From Arcobacteraceae bacterium (GTDB lineage Bacteria > Campylobacterota > Campylobacteria > Campylobacterales > Arcobacteraceae): a stretch of 64,000 nucleotides of DNA. Shown here in pieces: positions 61,810 to 64,000 of the stretch (position 1 is its first letter; every line of letters begins with the position of its first letter). Made by a program: the position numbers and the translations under genes. The DNA lies in assembly GCA_963662945.1 (NCBI GenBank), contig OY759974.1, positions 192,001-256,000 on the forward strand, given 5' to 3'. Below the pieces are notes generated by a model. That model searched no databases and was not told the DNA's origin. It worked only from the letters and a program-made list of their open reading frames with translations.

Positions 61810-62793
61810 TTAGCTCATTATCTTTTCAATAGCTTTATCAAAACTTTCTTTGATTAAAACTTCAGGATTTTTCTCACCATATGATATTACAACTAGATTT
61901 TCATTATCTGTATTCAAATGTGTTTCTATTGTATTTGCAACATTGTGGTTACTATGTAAAAATCCAGCATATACTATAGGTATATTTTTTTTGTGTACTG
62001 CACTGATTAAATCATCAATTTCATCAGCAATATCATTTTGTCCTAATTCATCAAGTCGGTCTCTTACAAAAGGTAATGAGATTGGTAAGCTATCTTTGGA
62101 CAATGCTTTCGTTATATCTTCAACAACTATATTATTTGGTGTAGTTCTATATTTAGACTCTCCCATAATAATTTTATTTTTAATGTTATTTTTATCAAAA
62201 AGTAATACATCATCACCTTTCATTGACTGAACAATATTTGGGTTGAATCTTAACTTATAAACCAATAATTCAAGTCCTGATGATGCTTTTAAATATTCAC
62301 ATAATATTATTTCACCTAAATTACCTTTTTGAGTGGAGAAGTTATTTATTGGTATTGTCATATTCTCTTCAACATACTTTGTAAGTTCATTATGTTTTTT
62401 CAAAATCGATTTCTTTTTATTAAATCTCTCAATTTGCTTAGCTGTAATGTGATGTTCAATTATCCAATCAGATAACTTTTCAATTAGAGTATCTCTATTA
62501 ATTCCCTTATCACTGAGTTTTCTATGTTTTTTAGTCATAGATGAGGCGAGATCTTCACATTTACACCAGTCAAAAAACAATGCTGATTTTGGATGATTTC
62601 CAATGAGAGCTGTTATTTCATCAAGTTCTTTCGAGGTATTGTTAAAATTAGTTGCGGCAAGAGAACGACATTTTGATTCTAATTCAGAAATGGAGTTAGG
62701 TGAGATATGATACTTTATAGCTAAAGCATTTATATCTAATTTTTTACCATTTGTAAGAGCTTCTAAAATTTCATGTTCTAAATCAATTTCCAA
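61810..62793 (-). CDS. hamA: Hachiman HamA (DUF1837-like nuclease) with N-terminal extension
   Basis: GNLGEIILCEYL, KLRFN...SMKGDDVL and MGESKYR (D...ExK nuclease pattern); TTG start after AAGGA. Confidence 0.78.
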   Translation of the reverse strand: MEIDLEHEILEALTNGKKLDINALAIKYHISPNSISELESKCRSLAATNFNNTSKELDEITALIGNHPKSALFFDWCKCEDLASSMTKKHRKLSDKGINRDTLIEKLSDWIIEHHITAKQIERFNKKKSILKKHNELTKYVEENMTIPINNFSTQKGNLGEIILCEYLKASSGLELLVYKLRFNPNIVQSMKGDDVLLFDKNNIKNKIIMGESKYRTTPNNIVVEDITKALSKDSLPISLPFVRDRLDELGQNDIADEIDDLISAVHKKNIPIVYAGFLHSNHNVANTIETHLNTDNENLVVISYGEKNPEVLIKESFDKAIEKIMS

Positions 62794-62809
62794 GACTATC
62801 CTTTTGTAT

Positions 62810-62941
62810 AGTTAACGACTGAAGTGTGGAATGATGGGAATAGTCGTATATAAATATCTATTTTTCTAGTTTCTAAATGCAAAATTAAAAGCTAGTATAA
62901 TCGCCGTTATAGCCTCATTTATCTTCTCTTTTTTGTTATAC
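62810..62941 (-). mobile_element. attC-like recombination site (~132 bp imperfect palindrome)
   Basis: Minus strand: GTATAAC (R'')...AAATGA...CTAGCTTTTAAT/TTTAGAAACTAG inner stem...TCATT...CAGTC-GTTAACT (R'); lies between co-oriented ORFs. Confidence 0.6.
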
Positions 62942-63689
62942 ATTTGTTTGCTAATTTAAAATAACTACTACATTTAGGTGTTGTATTAGTGTCATATTTC
63001 AAAATAACTTTATATTCATTAATTGCAAATTTAATGGTATTAAATAAAAAATCCATTCCCTTTTTATATGTTGCTATTACAATTATAGCAACTAATATGT
63101 AAATTAACATTTGAATAGTTATTTCTATATTTACTATTGAAAAATCATTAATATTTATATTTGATTGTTTATTAAATTTAATAATAAATTGTTTAATAAA
63201 AATTGTATATCCCAACCAAGAAGTACTTACTATCCATCTTAAAGCTTTGATTCTTTCATTAGTTCTTGAATATATTATATTTATATTATTTTCAATACTT
63301 TCTAGAAGATAAGTAGTTTTTATATTATTTTGATATAAAATATTTACAATTTTTTCAATATGCTTATTTTCTATTCCATAAAAAGCATATGTACTAGGAA
63401 TAGCAAAAAATACTAAAGATGTAAAAGTAACTATAACTAATATAGTGTTCTCCAATTTCATATTTATAAATAAATTACAAATATAAATAGCTATGATTGT
63501 TAGTAATAATATTTTTATAAATTTACCTAGTGGACTAAATAACTCTTTAAATCCTAATAGCATATATCCTGCTGGCAATCTGTAATCTTGATCTATAGAC
63601 TTAAAAGTAGGTTTGAATGATTGTAATAAGTTTTTTTCACTTTCTTGTATAATATGTTTAGTAAGTAAAAATAATTTATTCTCTGTCAA
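62919..63689 (-). CDS. Hypothetical membrane protein (about 4 TM), putative cassette gene
   Basis: 256-aa ORF with GGAGG RBS and TTG start; four hydrophobic segments; stop falls inside the attC-like element. Confidence 0.7.
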   Translation of the reverse strand: MTENKLFLLTKHIIQESEKNLLQSFKPTFKSIDQDYRLPAGYMLLGFKELFSPLGKFIKILLLTIIAIYICNLFINMKLENTILVIVTFTSLVFFAIPSTYAFYGIENKHIEKIVNILYQNNIKTTYLLESIENNINIIYSRTNERIKALRWIVSTSWLGYTIFIKQFIIKFNKQSNININDFSIVNIEITIQMLIYILVAIIVIATYKKGMDFLFNTIKFAINEYKVILKYDTNTTPKCSSYFKLANKCITKKRR

Positions 63690-63729
63690 GTCTATATTCC
63701 TCCTATGCGTATGTATTTAAACACAAACA

Positions 63730-63790
63730 ATTATAACAAACAAATGTCACATCTAGTGTTACATTTTTGATAAATTTTAAAATTTCTATT
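63730..63790 (-). promoter_or_regulatory. Conserved promoter/operator element, copy 2 (extended -10 TGtTATAAT)
   Basis: 53/61 identical to 35210-35270 with the same spacing between boxes and -10. Confidence 0.75.
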
Positions 63791-63795
63791 GATTT

Positions 63796-64000
63796 TTATA
63801 AGGGCTTGTTTTGATTAAAAATATTTAAGATAACTATCATATTGCTATCTAAATCAATCTCATAATTTATAGTATATTTTTTAAATATCATATCTCTGAT
63901 ATTTTCATCATAAAATAGATAGATTTTCTATATTTATATGGAAAGTTTGGAATATTTTTTATTTGTTAAAATAACTCTTTTTTGAACTTTTTTGAAGCAG
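63796..64000 (-). pseudogene. RelE/ParE-family toxin pseudogene (3' part)
   Basis: ASKKFKKELF*QIKNIPNFPYKYRKSIYF/DENIRDMIFKKYTINYEID...IFNQNKPL*; in-frame TAA at 63966-63968 and a 1-nt deletion near 63911. Confidence 0.7.

Noticed and set aside
553-62230. Many short ORFs (60-130 aa) overlapping larger genes, e.g. 678..863, 35380..35715, 36889..37281, 42381..42764, 61850..62230
   Set aside because: Antisense or alternate-frame shadows of well-supported genes, with no recognisable motifs
1-64000. CRISPR arrays, tRNA/rRNA genes, cobalamin riboswitch
   Set aside because: No regularly spaced repeats or recognisable structured-RNA signatures were seen by eye; intergenic gaps near cob genes are short and AT-rich. 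A covariance-model scan was not run.

Overview
AT-rich chromosomal window from a Campylobacterota bacterium (Arcobacteraceae-like gene set; the taxon is inferred). From left to right: a partial M14 carboxypeptidase; a ~19 kb LPS core/lipid A cluster (waaF, hldE, hldD, msbA-like, waaL, six GT9 genes, a deacetylase, lpxL, waaC); housekeeping genes (ppx, ferredoxin, ubiX, coaD, tmk, metG, upp); an amrA-amrS-amrB operon; a soluble Clp-like/FtsH fusion with degenerate ATPase motifs; a MoxR/vWA pair split by a chemoreceptor; cobamide salvage genes (cobT, cobU, cobS, cobQ); an SHP/DHC/cytochrome b module with a two-component system and a frameshifted first gene; and an RND permease. A defence hotspot begins at the 3' end of the RND gene. 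There, a 109-bp duplication of the RND gene end brackets a RelE-type toxin-antitoxin pair. It is followed by a Hachiman (hamAB) system bounded like an integron cassette (complementary GTTAACTAT/ATAGTTAAC core sites, one full attC-like palindrome and one truncated one, no integrase in the window), an upstream 4-TM orphan cassette and a decayed ParE toxin. A 61-bp promoter/operator element (tandem AATGTCACAT boxes next to an extended -10) sits in front of this cassette array and recurs 28.5 kb away in front of two lipoprotein genes.
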